The position numbers were made by a program, and so were the translations under genes. 64,000 bases of DNA from a virus: positions 1 to 64,000 of IMG/VR virus record IMGVR_UViG_3300021185_002646; one strand, 5' to 3'. This document shows, in pieces, positions 29,804-39,697 of the stretch. Numbering within the stretch: the first letter of the stretch is position 1; each line of letters begins with the position of its first letter. Below the pieces are notes generated by a model, which was not told where the DNA came from, searched no databases, and worked only from the letters and a program-made list of their open reading frames with translations.

Positions 29804-30493
29804 ATGAAGATACATGATATATTAGAAGAACAACAAGTACTAGAAGGTCCAAACGATCCTCATATATTTAAAGCAGTATTCTTGGCAGGCGGACCAGGTG
29901 CTGGTAAAAGCTATGTGGCAGGAAGGTTATTGTCTGGACAAGGATTGAGGCCTTTAAATAGTGATGACGTATACGAGTATCTTGCTAAAAAACATAATAT
30001 GGATTTAGGGGACCCTGATGTTGTTGGAAGCGACAAGGGACAAGAAATCCGTAACCGTGCTAAAGAAATTACTAAGACACGAGAAGATTTATATCTAGAT
30101 GGTCGTTTAGGATTAATTATTGATGGCACTGGTAAAGACATTACTAAAGTATCACAAGCTAAAAATCAGTTAAATGAATTAGGTTATGATACAATGATGT
30201 TATTTGTTAACACAAGTGAAGAGGTAGCTCAAGAGCGTAATCTTCAAAGACCACGAACTATACCAGCAGAAATGGTAACAAAGATGTGGCAACGTGTACA
30301 ACAAAATATAATGAAATTCCAACAAGTCTTTGGAGCCGCAAGGTTTCATGTAGTAGACAACAGTGGTGGACTGGAAGATCCAGATCGTAAAGAAAACTTT
30401 GATGCTGTTTACAGAGAAGTAAGAAAGTTTTTAGGTGAACCACCTTCCAAAAGAGCCGCTAAAGCCTGGTTAGACAAGAATACTAAAACATAG
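29804..30493 (+). CDS. P-loop kinase (zeta toxin/PNK-like)
   Basis: AGGPGAGKS, LNSDD, IIDGTG, ERN..R.R; MKIHDILE leader; late box at 29791. Confidence 0.75.
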   Translation: MKIHDILEEQQVLEGPNDPHIFKAVFLAGGPGAGKSYVAGRLLSGQGLRPLNSDDVYEYLAKKHNMDLGDPDVVGSDKGQEIRNRAKEITKTREDLYLDGRLGLIIDGTGKDITKVSQAKNQLNELGYDTMMLFVNTSEEVAQERNLQRPRTIPAEMVTKMWQRVQQNIMKFQQVFGAARFHVVDNSGGLEDPDRKENFDAVYREVRKFLGEPPSKRAAKAWLDKNTKT

Positions 30494-30567
30494 TATATAA
30501 GTGTCGCCAAAATCAGCATAAATATTAAGCAGTTCAAATATAACTGTTTTATATAAAAAGGAATTTT

Positions 30568-30921
30568 ATGTATACATACAACGCAAAATTAGTAAGAGTC
30601 ATAAACGGTGATACTTTGGACATTGAGATCGATCTAGGTTTTGATATTATAATCAAACAACGATTAAAACTATTTGGAATTGATACTCCTGATAGTAGAT
30701 CAACAAACACAGAAATTAAACAAAAAGGTCTTGATGTAAAGCAACGACTTATGGATTTATTAACAAAAGAATTTAAAGTAGAAACTATGCTTAACAAACG
30801 TGGAAAGTATGGTCGTATACTTGGCAATATATATGTTACTGATAACAAAGGTAACGAGATTTGTATAAACGAATTGTTAGTCTCAGAAGGACTAGCAGTG
30901 CGTTATAACATCGGGAAATAA
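30568..30921 (+). CDS. SNase-family nuclease (second, cytoplasmic)
   Basis: RVINGDT, LFGIDTP, GKYGRILG. Confidence 0.85.
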   Translation: MYTYNAKLVRVINGDTLDIEIDLGFDIIIKQRLKLFGIDTPDSRSTNTEIKQKGLDVKQRLMDLLTKEFKVETMLNKRGKYGRILGNIYVTDNKGNEICINELLVSEGLAVRYNIGK

Positions 30922-30922
30922 T

Positions 30923-32419
30923 ATGAAGTTATTTGGTATTTGGACAATATTTGTAGCCTTATCTATCAGTGCAGTGGCGGCCTACTACAGCATTGTTGGA
31001 CTTGTGGCTATTTTTGCCAGTGCCGTAATACCGATTATTATCATGGGGTCTGTGCTAGAAGTAGGCAAGCTAACATCAGCTGTTTGGTTGCACATGAACT
31101 GGAAATCAGCTCCATTTTTAATTAGAACGTATCTCACTATAGCCGTCATAATGCTTATGTTTATTACAAGCATGGGTATCTTTGGATTTTTATCTAAAGC
31201 ACATATTGAACAAACTAGTGCGGCTAGTGAGAACGTTGCCCAAATTGAACGAATTGAAGAAAACATTGTACGAAATAAACTAATTATTACAAAATCAGAA
31301 GATAAAATTATTAAACTAGAAGAAGTTGATATTTCTTTAGATGATGGAATACAAGAAAAAATACGCATTGAAGAAGAAAGAATTGCAAATGCATACACAG
31401 GTGTGCAACCATCAATTGATGAACAAAATGCAATTATAGAAGCAGAACAAAATGCCAAAGCAAATGCTATAGCACCATTTGAAACACAAATTGCAAACAT
31501 TGATAGAAAAATAGCATTAATGGACGAATACTCAATGAATAATGAAGTTGAGAAAATGCAAGGATTATTAGGTGTTAGACAAGATGGTATACTTGGATGG
31601 AATACTAGAGAAGCATTAAAAAAGTTTAAAGAAGATAATACCAAGGCTAGACAAATGGCACTTTTCCAACTAAATAAAGTAAGAGAAGAATTTGATAGTT
31701 CAGTTATCACTAGTGCTAGAGCTGAGATTAAACGAATTCGAATGTTAGCAGAGCAACAGATTGCCGACTCTAACTCATTAGTAACTAGACTTAGATCACA
31801 ACTTGGTCAAGGTCAACAAGAAGATAATACTGCATTAATTGATGCACAACGTATCTTAATTGAAACATCAGAAAATAAACTAAATGAATTATACACTACA
31901 AAATATGAACTTGAAGGCGAAAGCAGAAAACTAGAAGCAGAAGTTGGACCAGTTAAATATATTGCAGAGTTAGTTTATGGACAAGATCCAAGCAGAAATA
32001 TCTTGGAAGAAACAGTAAGATATGTTATACTAATACTTGTGTTTGTATTTGATCCATTAGCGGTTGTACTTGTTCTTGCAGGTATATCTGGATTAGGATT
32101 ACGCAAACCAATAAAGGAAATATATGAACCCAAAAAAGAACCCAAAAAAGATGAAGTTAGTGCAAATACCAAAGATGTCGCCAGCACTAAGAAAAATGAT
32201 TTGGGTAATAAAAAGAACAGCAAAACTACCAAAAAACCTGTTGTTCAAAATGAAGTATATGAAGATTACGAAGTAAAAAACGATGAAGTAATCCATGTTG
32301 ATTCAAAAGGTAAAGAATATACAATTGATGTACATGGAAATAGAAAATATCTCATTGAACAACTACAATACGACCTCAACGATAAATCAAAAAAATTACA
32401 ACAAAAAAAGAAAAATTAA
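30923..32419 (+). CDS. membrane coiled-coil protein with embedded peptidoglycan-binding motif
   Basis: Three N-terminal TM helices, long coiled coil, QGLLGVRQDGILGWNT motif, C-terminal TM. Confidence 0.7.
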   Translation: MKLFGIWTIFVALSISAVAAYYSIVGLVAIFASAVIPIIIMGSVLEVGKLTSAVWLHMNWKSAPFLIRTYLTIAVIMLMFITSMGIFGFLSKAHIEQTSAASENVAQIERIEENIVRNKLIITKSEDKIIKLEEVDISLDDGIQEKIRIEEERIANAYTGVQPSIDEQNAIIEAEQNAKANAIAPFETQIANIDRKIALMDEYSMNNEVEKMQGLLGVRQDGILGWNTREALKKFKEDNTKARQMALFQLNKVREEFDSSVITSARAEIKRIRMLAEQQIADSNSLVTRLRSQLGQGQQEDNTALIDAQRILIETSENKLNELYTTKYELEGESRKLEAEVGPVKYIAELVYGQDPSRNILEETVRYVILILVFVFDPLAVVLVLAGISGLGLRKPIKEIYEPKKEPKKDEVSANTKDVASTKKNDLGNKKNSKTTKKPVVQNEVYEDYEVKNDEVIHVDSKGKEYTIDVHGNRKYLIEQLQYDLNDKSKKLQQKKKN

Positions 32420-32869
32420 ATGAAAATTGATAATAGTAGTTATACAGTAACGCCCCCAGACCTTTATATGACAGAACATGGAATAAGTATTTTTATTTCA
32501 AGTACTAATAATGATTTAATTAATCCAGTAAAAGAATTATTTGAAAAGTTTATTGCAACAAGTGTTGTTTTTCTTGTTCAAAACAATAAAACAAATTCAG
32601 AGACATTACCATGGATGTGGAATGTATCTAAAACATGCGACTTTATGGTCATCGATGTTGATACGTGTGCATGGGAAGATATCATGGCAGGACTTTTAAA
32701 GTCAAGAGAAGAAGAAAATACAGTGCTATTTTACAGCGATAAATACAAGCGAAGAGAAACTGTAAAATTAATAAATGCTACAGGCACTAATCTAGTTGTT
32801 AGATCAATAGCTGATATTAACAATTATGTGAAGTTACAAATGAGTCCAGAATATTTTAATGACATCTAG
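32420..32869 (+). CDS. hypothetical protein
   Basis: 149-aa ORF in operon. Confidence 0.6.
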   Translation: MKIDNSSYTVTPPDLYMTEHGISIFISSTNNDLINPVKELFEKFIATSVVFLVQNNKTNSETLPWMWNVSKTCDFMVIDVDTCAWEDIMAGLLKSREEENTVLFYSDKYKRRETVKLINATGTNLVVRSIADINNYVKLQMSPEYFNDI

Positions 32870-34067
32870 TATCACGATATGTAATTTTTGTTCCAAAGAC
32901 ACAACACAAGTAAAGAAACTACTAGCAGGTGAAGGTGGTGTTCATATTTGTATTGATTGTGTTGAGCTTTGTCACGGCATTGTTACCAAAGAAACAGAAC
33001 GTTCTATAAAAAAGAATAATATATTTAATGTACCTACTCCTAGAAAAATACACGATAATTTAAATGAACATGTAATTAGTCAAGAGCGTGCAAAAAAGAC
33101 TTTAAGTGTAGCAATATATAATCATTATAAAAGAGTTACATCTAAAACAAAAACAAAATTACAAAAGAGCAATGTGTTATTAGCAGGTCCTACAGGAACA
33201 GGTAAAACATTATTAGCTCAAACACTTTCAAACTTTTTAGGTGTGCCTATGGTTATTACTGATGCAACAGTTATTACAGAAAGTGGATATGCTGGAGACG
33301 ATGCAGAAGTATTAATACATAAACTATTTCAAGCGGCAGACTATAATAAAGAAAAAGCAGAGCAAGGTATTATATATGTTGATGAAATTGATAAGAAAGC
33401 AAAACGTAATGACTATGTAAGTCTTAGCAGAGACGTATCTGGAGAAGGTGTGCAACAGAGCCTTTTAAAGCTCATGGAAGGTACTACAGTACCGGTTCCG
33501 AACAAACCGCAACATAACCCGGAGAAGGTGGATATTGACACCAGTAACATACTATTTGTAGTAGGTGGAGCCTTTGTTGGCCTACAAGATGTTGTGGTCA
33601 ATCGCCTTGGTAAAGCAAAGATAGGATTTAACGACGATTTAGACGCCGATGTAGAACAGTGGGAAACACACTTACAAACACGTGATTTAGTGAAATATGG
33701 ACTTATACCCGAATTTGTGGGTAGATTACCGTCTGTAAACGTCTTAAAGCCGTTAAATAAGAACGATCTACTTAGAATACTAACAGAACCAAAAGACAGT
33801 ATAATAGATCAAATAAAAGAGCTTTTTCTACTTGACAAAATACAAATAGAGTTTACAATAACAGCATTGGAAGAAATTACAGATATTGCCATAAAAGAAG
33901 AATTGGGTGCTAGAGGGTTACGTAAGATTTTAGACGAAAAACTACTTGAAACGCAATATCATTTACCAGAATTGTATAAAAAAGGAATAAGAAAAATTAT
34001 AATAAATGAACAAGTTATTTCTAGAAACGCAAAACCGCAACTCATCAAAGGTGAAGATGCAGAATAG
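32859..34067 (+). CDS. clpX: ATP-dependent Clp protease ATPase ClpX
   Basis: C4 zinc finger, GPTGTGKT, DEIDK, RDVSGEGVQQ, IGF loop, GARGLR. Confidence 0.95.
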   Translation: MTSSITICNFCSKDTTQVKKLLAGEGGVHICIDCVELCHGIVTKETERSIKKNNIFNVPTPRKIHDNLNEHVISQERAKKTLSVAIYNHYKRVTSKTKTKLQKSNVLLAGPTGTGKTLLAQTLSNFLGVPMVITDATVITESGYAGDDAEVLIHKLFQAADYNKEKAEQGIIYVDEIDKKAKRNDYVSLSRDVSGEGVQQSLLKLMEGTTVPVPNKPQHNPEKVDIDTSNILFVVGGAFVGLQDVVVNRLGKAKIGFNDDLDADVEQWETHLQTRDLVKYGLIPEFVGRLPSVNVLKPLNKNDLLRILTEPKDSIIDQIKELFLLDKIQIEFTITALEEITDIAIKEELGARGLRKILDEKLLETQYHLPELYKKGIRKIIINEQVISRNAKPQLIKGEDAE

Positions 34068-34605
34068 AAATAAAGGATATAAAAAGCGTAATACAGGACC
34101 GTTTGTAATCTCAAACGAACGTATAAGAGCAAAAGAAGTTAGAGTAAACTTTCCAGACGGTGAGAGCCAAGTGCTGTCTTTAAAGGATGCTTTGAATGAA
34201 GCAAAGTCGTTATATTTAGATTTAGTGTTGATCGCCGAAAAGGCAGATCCACCGGTATGTAAAATTATCGATCTAAATAAACATTTGTATTCATTAAAGC
34301 AAAAAGAAAAACTGGCTAAGAAGAAGCAACGCGAAAGTGTTGTAGAGAACAAAGAAATACGTATGGGACTAAATATTGATTCGCATGATTTAGAAACTAA
34401 GGCCAAAGCGGCTCGTAAATTTTTGGATAAAAATAACAAAGTAACAGTTACAGTTGTTTTGAGAGGTAGAGAACGTGGAAGACGAGACAGTGCAAAGGAA
34501 TTGCTAAATACTTTTGCTTACTTATTAGAAGTAGAGTACGAACAAATCTCAACACAGAACAATCGTGTATCTGGAAAAATAGAAGGAAAAAATGGGAAAC
34601 TATAA
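34057..34605 (+). CDS. infC: translation initiation factor IF-3
   Basis: NERIRAKEVR, LDLV...PPVCKI, KEIR...HDLETK, RGRE; likely start MQNRNK. Confidence 0.92.
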   Translation: MQNRNKGYKKRNTGPFVISNERIRAKEVRVNFPDGESQVLSLKDALNEAKSLYLDLVLIAEKADPPVCKIIDLNKHLYSLKQKEKLAKKKQRESVVENKEIRMGLNIDSHDLETKAKAARKFLDKNNKVTVTVVLRGRERGRRDSAKELLNTFAYLLEVEYEQISTQNNRVSGKIEGKNGKL

Positions 34606-34864
34606 CAATAATAGAAATAATAGACGTGACGATAAACAAGGTTTTGGTAATGGACTTTCTGTAGAAGTTAGAAATGGCAATGTAGAACAAGCCATTAGAA
34701 AACTTAAAAAGTTAGTTATGAAAACTGGACTTCTGAACGAAATACGTGAACGTAGATATTTTATCAGTAATACTGAAAAAAGACTTAAAGCACAGGCGGC
34801 AGGCCGAGCTAGAAGACGTAGAGAAATAGCTAAAGATTCTGTAGAGAAGAAAAGACTATATTAA
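34592..34864 (+). CDS. rpsU: ribosomal protein bS21
   Basis: VEVRNGNVEQAIRKLKK...GLL.E.RER.Y. Confidence 0.88.
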   Translation: MGNYNNNRNNRRDDKQGFGNGLSVEVRNGNVEQAIRKLKKLVMKTGLLNEIRERRYFISNTEKRLKAQAAGRARRRREIAKDSVEKKRLY

Positions 34865-34906
34865 TACGTTATAACTGAATTTGTTCACATATGTGGATAA
34901 ATAACA

Positions 34907-34985
34907 ATGTATACAACAGGACTGATTCCTACTGTATACATAGAACGCCGAAAGGGTTCTAAATAATCTTGCTTAATAAAGGAGA
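34907..34985 (+). promoter_or_regulatory. ROSE-like RNA thermometer leader of hsp20
   Basis: Two upstream hairpins, then TCTTGCTT pairing with SD AAGGAGA with a bulged G. Confidence 0.6.
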
Positions 34986-34991
34986 AAAGAT

Positions 34992-35414
34992 ATGACTAGA
35001 TTAACAACACTAAATCTTCCGGATTTTTATAAAACTACAATAGGATTTGATAGTATGTTTGATGAGATGTTGAATAACTTCGCAACAAACACAGGCGGTT
35101 ACCCACCTTACAACATTGTAAAGGAAAGTGACAGTAGCTATACAATTAGCCTAGCAGTAGCTGGTTTCGATAAAGACGAAATTAAAATCCAACAAGACGG
35201 TAATGCACTTTCAATCAACGCTGAAAAGAAAACAAGCGAAGAAGAGATTGAATATTTACACAAAGGCATTGGAACTAGAAACTTTACAAAAGAATTTAGT
35301 TTAGCTGATTATGTAGAAGTGACATCATCGAAGTTAGATAACGGAATCTTAGTAGTTACATTGGAACAAAATATTCCAGACGAAAAGAAACCACGTACTA
35401 TTAACATCGACTAA
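34992..35414 (+). CDS. small heat shock protein (Hsp20/IbpA family)
   Basis: IGFD, YPPYNI, LAVAGF, YLHKGI..R.F, L.NGIL, IPDEKKPR.I. Confidence 0.95.
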   Translation: MTRLTTLNLPDFYKTTIGFDSMFDEMLNNFATNTGGYPPYNIVKESDSSYTISLAVAGFDKDEIKIQQDGNALSINAEKKTSEEEIEYLHKGIGTRNFTKEFSLADYVEVTSSKLDNGILVVTLEQNIPDEKKPRTINID

Positions 35415-35427
35415 TATAAGGTAAAAA

Positions 35428-35730
35428 ATGACTCAAGCATCAACAGGTAGCGTAGCAGATATTGTTAAATTAAAAACACCATCACGATACAATGTAGTAT
35501 TGTTAAATGATGATTCTACTCCGCAGGAGTTTGTAGTAAATATCTTACAGACGATTTTTAATAGATCGACAGAACAGGCAAACTCTGTGATGCTTGAGGT
35601 ACACGAAAAAGGCCGAGGCATAGCAGGCACATACAGTTACGAAGTAGCTGAACAAAAATGTGTAGAAACAATAACTAACGCAAGACAAAGTTCTTATCCG
35701 TTAGATGTTACAATAGAAAAAGCAGAATAA
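35428..35730 (+). CDS. clpS: Clp protease adaptor ClpS
   Basis: YNVVLLNDD.TP.EFV, MLEVHEKG, YEVAEQK, YPL. Confidence 0.93.
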   Translation: MTQASTGSVADIVKLKTPSRYNVVLLNDDSTPQEFVVNILQTIFNRSTEQANSVMLEVHEKGRGIAGTYSYEVAEQKCVETITNARQSSYPLDVTIEKAE

Positions 35731-35738
35731 ACAATTAA

Positions 35739-36308
35739 ATGAAAATAGCAATCACGCAACGTGTGATTGAATTTCGAAACGGACCTTACGATAGCATAGA
35801 TCATGGATTCTATGAAATGTTTTCAGGTCATACATTGTTGCCAATACCAAACCATTTAGAACATTACCAAACAGATACTATAGTCAATAGTGACGTAGTA
35901 GTATTTACAGGTGGTAATAGCATGATGCCGGGCAATTGGCAATACAGTGAAAATCGTTTACGAGTTGAGAAACACACGTTAGATTTAGCAAAACTATATA
36001 ATAAACCAATATTAGGAATTAGCAGAGGCTGTCAGTTTCTGACAGTTGCTCATGGCGGAAGTTTAGAAAAAAACGGTAGACATCACATTAATCATAGTGT
36101 AAACTATAAGGGTAGTAATGTAGAAGTATGCAGTAGGCATGAAGAAATTTTAAAAACTATACCTACTGGTGCAACATGTTTAGCTACAGACGAATATGGA
36201 TCGTGTGAGAGTTGGAAGTTAGATAATATAATCACTGTATTATGGAATCCAGAAAGAATGAAAACACACTGGCTACCATATGAAGCATATGGAATATTAG
36301 GTTTATGA
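35739..36308 (+). CDS. class I glutamine amidotransferase/peptidase C26-like protein with degenerate triad
   Basis: TGG, PILGISRGCQ (canonical GICRG), WNPER (canonical WHPE). Confidence 0.75.
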   Translation: MKIAITQRVIEFRNGPYDSIDHGFYEMFSGHTLLPIPNHLEHYQTDTIVNSDVVVFTGGNSMMPGNWQYSENRLRVEKHTLDLAKLYNKPILGISRGCQFLTVAHGGSLEKNGRHHINHSVNYKGSNVEVCSRHEEILKTIPTGATCLATDEYGSCESWKLDNIITVLWNPERMKTHWLPYEAYGILGL

Positions 36309-36712
36309 TGCAAGAAGAAATAAAAGACGCAATACAAGAAGAAGTTAAAGAACAGTACAAAGACAGTCAAATGACCAAAGCTGGAAAGCTGGCTATGGAA
36401 CTTGGTGCTGAGCGTAAGCGTCTTAAAAAAGAATTATCAGAATTACAAACAGAAGTAGAAGACCTTACTCCTACAACACCAGTTGGTACAACAGACTGGT
36501 ATATTAAATGGGCGGCAATGGGACTTGCAGTTGCAGGCGTATTTTTAATGAGTGCAGGACTAACAACATATGGACAAATTGCATATATTATTAGTAGTGT
36601 TGGTTGGGTAGCAGTTGGAATGGCTTGGGGAGATAGAGCTATTATGATAGGAAGTGCTATAACTGGAACCGCAGTTGCAATGAATTTTGTAGAAAGGTTA
36701 CTGTCATTATGA
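36305..36712 (+). CDS. membrane protein (DUF6552-like C-terminus)
   Basis: Coiled coil, then DWYIKW and three TM helices. Confidence 0.6.
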   Translation: MMQEEIKDAIQEEVKEQYKDSQMTKAGKLAMELGAERKRLKKELSELQTEVEDLTPTTPVGTTDWYIKWAAMGLAVAGVFLMSAGLTTYGQIAYIISSVGWVAVGMAWGDRAIMIGSAITGTAVAMNFVERLLSL

Positions 36713-37104
36713 AAATAAATGAATGGGCAGACAACTTAAACATGTTTGATGATGGCACAGAAAGACTTGCTTATCTAGTTGAACTAGCAAAAAAGTCTAC
36801 AACACTACCTAAAGAACTACGTACTGATGATAGACTTGTAGGTGGGTGTATGTCAAAGATTTGGATTGATGTAGGAGTTGTAGAAGATAAAGTAAAAGTA
36901 TACTATGACAGTGATGCAATGATTACTAAAGGTATTACTAGTATTGTTGCAGATTGTTTTACAGATATTCCCCTTGCAGAAGCAAAGAAAATTACACATG
37001 ATGATTTTCAAAGTTTAAACATTGCACAATTACTTACACAACAACGTAGAAACGGATTAGGAAACTTAATTGAAACTATTAGACAAAAGGTATATGTATT
37101 ATGA
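36709..37104 (+). CDS. sufE: SufE family sulfur-acceptor protein
   Basis: V.GC.S.IW, DSDA.I.KG, LT..R.NG. Confidence 0.9.
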   Translation: MKINEWADNLNMFDDGTERLAYLVELAKKSTTLPKELRTDDRLVGGCMSKIWIDVGVVEDKVKVYYDSDAMITKGITSIVADCFTDIPLAEAKKITHDDFQSLNIAQLLTQQRRNGLGNLIETIRQKVYVL

Positions 37105-37511
37105 AGATAGGATTTACATGCAGTACATTTGATTTATTACATGCAGGACATGTACAAATGTTAAGAGAAGCAAAAGAACAATGTGATTATTTAATATGTG
37201 GATTACAAATGGACCCAAGTATTGATAGAGATACTAAAAATCCACCAATACAATCAGTTGTAGAACGTTATACACAACTTAATGCAGTACAGTATGTAGA
37301 CGAAATTATTCCATACGCATTAGAAAAAGATTTAGAAGATATCCTAGAAATGTATCACATTGATGTACGCATACTAGGTGATGAATACAGAGAAAAAGAT
37401 TTTACAGGAAAAGACATTTGTAAAAGACTAGATATTGATCTACACTTTAATAAAAGAGATCACAGATTTAGTACAACAGATTTAAGAAAAAGGGTATGCA
37501 ACACTGACTGA
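37101..37511 (+). CDS. cytidylyltransferase (TagD-like)
   Basis: TFDLLHAGH, YVDE, R.H.FSTT. Confidence 0.9.
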   Translation: MKIGFTCSTFDLLHAGHVQMLREAKEQCDYLICGLQMDPSIDRDTKNPPIQSVVERYTQLNAVQYVDEIIPYALEKDLEDILEMYHIDVRILGDEYREKDFTGKDICKRLDIDLHFNKRDHRFSTTDLRKRVCNTD

Positions 37512-37656
37512 GAATCAAGTAAGAAACGAATATAGAGAACATAGAAAAGACCCAGTATTTGCTGAGCTTTGGCCAGACACAAACAGAGCTTTTTATGAAT
37601 GGTGTTCGCAATATTTAGATTATATGCACATAAAGGATAAAAGAGATGAGAATTGA
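37504..37656 (+). CDS. possible small protein (CTG start, not in ORF track)
   Basis: 50-codon open frame fills the gap (…[17 protein letters not shown]…FYEWC…); no ATG start. Confidence 0.35.
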   Translation: MTENQVRNEYREHRKDPVFAELWPDTNRAFYEWCSQYLDYMHIKDKRDEN

Positions 37657-38755
37657 TCAAGACATTAAACTAGACTACAGTGACGTTTTAATTCGTCCAA
37701 AGCGTAGTACATTAAGTTCACGCAAACAAGTAAGACTTGAACGCAAGTTTAAATTTAGAAACAGCAGACATGAGTACGAAGGTATTCCTATTATGGCTGC
37801 TAACATGGATGGTGTTGGAACATTTGAAATGGCAGATGAACTTGCACAACAAAATATATTTACATGTTTAGTAAAAACATATTCAGTGGAAGAACTTGTA
37901 GATTTTTTTAACAATGATTATCCAGATAATAGAAGAACACAAAACATTGCTATGAGCATTGGTACCGGAACAATAGACTTTGATAAGTTAGAAGCCGTGT
38001 ATAATAAAGTAAGCAATAAACTAAAATATGTATGTATGGATATTGCAAATGGTTACAGTGATCACTTTGCACAACATGTTAAAAAAGTTCGTAATGCATT
38101 TCCTAATTTAGTAATTATAGCAGGTAATGTAGTAACTGGAGAGATGACAGAGGAGTTAATTTTAAATGGAGCAGACATCGTTAAAGTCGGAATTGGACCA
38201 GGAAGCGTGTGTACAACACGAATCCAAACAGGAGTCGGGTATCCGCAACTTAGTGCAGTCATTGAATGTGCAGATGCGGCACATGGACTTGGTGGACATA
38301 TTATTGCTGATGGGGGCTGTAACTCTAGTGGTGATGTGGCTAAAGCATTTGCTGGCGGTGCCGATTATGTAATGCTAGGCGGTATGCTTGCAGGACACGA
38401 TCAAGGTGGCGGCGAAGTTATTAGTAAGATGTATGCAACTAATGAATGGCTCACAGCAGAAAAACCTTTACTTGAACAAAAACAGTTTGTGGCTTTTTAC
38501 GGAATGAGTAGTGATGCAGCAAATACAAAACACTTTGGAGGACTAAAAGACTATCGTGCAAGCGAAGGACGAGAAGTACTAGTTCCATACAGAGGTGCAG
38601 TACAGCACACCATACAAGCAATCTTAGGTGGGTTGCGTAGTACTTGTACATATGCAGGTGCAATGAAATTAAAACAATTGAGCAAGTGTACAACATTCGT
38701 TCGTGTTAATAATCAATTTAATCGTACATACGAAAGTACAACAACAAAAATTTAA
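37646..38755 (+). CDS. guaC: GMP reductase
   Basis: [48 protein letters not shown]. Confidence 0.93.
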   Translation: MRIDQDIKLDYSDVLIRPKRSTLSSRKQVRLERKFKFRNSRHEYEGIPIMAANMDGVGTFEMADELAQQNIFTCLVKTYSVEELVDFFNNDYPDNRRTQNIAMSIGTGTIDFDKLEAVYNKVSNKLKYVCMDIANGYSDHFAQHVKKVRNAFPNLVIIAGNVVTGEMTEELILNGADIVKVGIGPGSVCTTRIQTGVGYPQLSAVIECADAAHGLGGHIIADGGCNSSGDVAKAFAGGADYVMLGGMLAGHDQGGGEVISKMYATNEWLTAEKPLLEQKQFVAFYGMSSDAANTKHFGGLKDYRASEGREVLVPYRGAVQHTIQAILGGLRSTCTYAGAMKLKQLSKCTTFVRVNNQFNRTYESTTTKI

Positions 38756-38836
38756 GCTATGTTTGTAATGCAGATCGGAATTGCATAAATAAAACGGCTA
38801 AAAACATTTATCTTAGATAAATAAAAGTGTATTAAG

Positions 38837-39042
38837 AATAGCACAACGTTGTGTTATTATTTTCATATACAAAGTAGTATAGAGCGACCTCGGCTCAGAA
38901 AAAAAGAGCGGCAGTTAGTGCCACGCTAACTGACTCTGGGAAAGACCAGGGCATAACCCATGCCTTACAAGCGATACATTATGAGGTATCGTGGTAGCAG
39001 CCAGGAGAGACTGGCAAAACGGATGCTTTCCCAAAAACATCC
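38837..39042 (+). ncRNA. candidate structured RNA/leader upstream of small-protein operon
   Basis: GC-enriched intergenic DNA with six consecutive hairpins and an 8-nt complementarity between two of them. Confidence 0.55.
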
Positions 39043-39067
39043 ACATAAAATATAAACGGAGAATAAA

Positions 39068-39262
39068 ATGACTACGACATTTTTTAATGCATGGTCAAGG
39101 TTGTTCAACGGGCACCGTCGAAGTGTGGCCTATAGCAAAAACCTTATGACATATGCAAAAACTGAATATGGTAATGATTGGCTATATGCCTACACCTATA
39201 TGTTAGAACATGATGGCCAAGCACCAAAGTCTTGGCATACAAAGAAGGTAACAATAAAATGA
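39068..39262 (+). CDS. small hypothetical protein
   Basis: GGAG RBS; YAKTEYGNDW.YAY. Confidence 0.65.
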   Translation: MTTTFFNAWSRLFNGHRRSVAYSKNLMTYAKTEYGNDWLYAYTYMLEHDGQAPKSWHTKKVTIK

Positions 39263-39450
39263 CAACAACATTAATATATAAACAAACATGCGAAGTTTGT
39301 GAAAAGATTAAAAACGCAACTCTAACAGTGCTATTGGCACTTTGGGCATTTGGTGAATCATGTGGACGTGCAAGAGCGGCTGCACAGTTACATCGTGATG
39401 GGTTTCATGAAGAAGCAAAAAGTTTATACATGGATAATAAAAATGATTAA
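39259..39450 (+). CDS. small hypothetical protein
   Basis: ATGA overlap; G.ARAAAQL.R.G..EEAK.L. Confidence 0.65.
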   Translation: MTTTLIYKQTCEVCEKIKNATLTVLLALWAFGESCGRARAAAQLHRDGFHEEAKSLYMDNKND

Positions 39451-39628
39451 TACTATAACAAACAAATTAGGCTGGTTAAAACGTGCATATAGTCGCACTC
39501 AAAGTAGAAAACAAACTGAAAAGGCATTATCAGATTTAACTGATTTTGAATTGAATGATATTGGATTATGCAGAGGCGATATTAGATCAGTAGCACGTGG
39601 CGAAAAAGTTTATAGAAAGACATACTAA
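39443..39628 (+). CDS. DUF1127 family small protein
   Basis: R.T...LSDLTD.EL.DIGL.RGDI; likely start MINTIT. Confidence 0.85.
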   Translation: MINTITNKLGWLKRAYSRTQSRKQTEKALSDLTDFELNDIGLCRGDIRSVARGEKVYRKTY

Positions 39629-39697
39629 ATGTGGCCTTATACTGAAGAAGAATTAGACTTTATTAATAAGTAGAGTTTTAATCGTATAAATAGCTGT

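Noticed and set aside
29804-30493. Zeta toxin of a toxin-antitoxin pair
   Set aside because: No adjacent antitoxin candidate; late promoter and leader fit a virion-associated kinase better.
38880-39042. Cobalamin or glycine riboswitch (CTGGGAA, AGCCAGGAGA, CTCTGG look-alikes)
   Set aside because: The remaining core motifs (GCCCCCGCAACTGT-type, or GCCGAAG and CTCAGG) are missing; kept as an unknown RNA instead.
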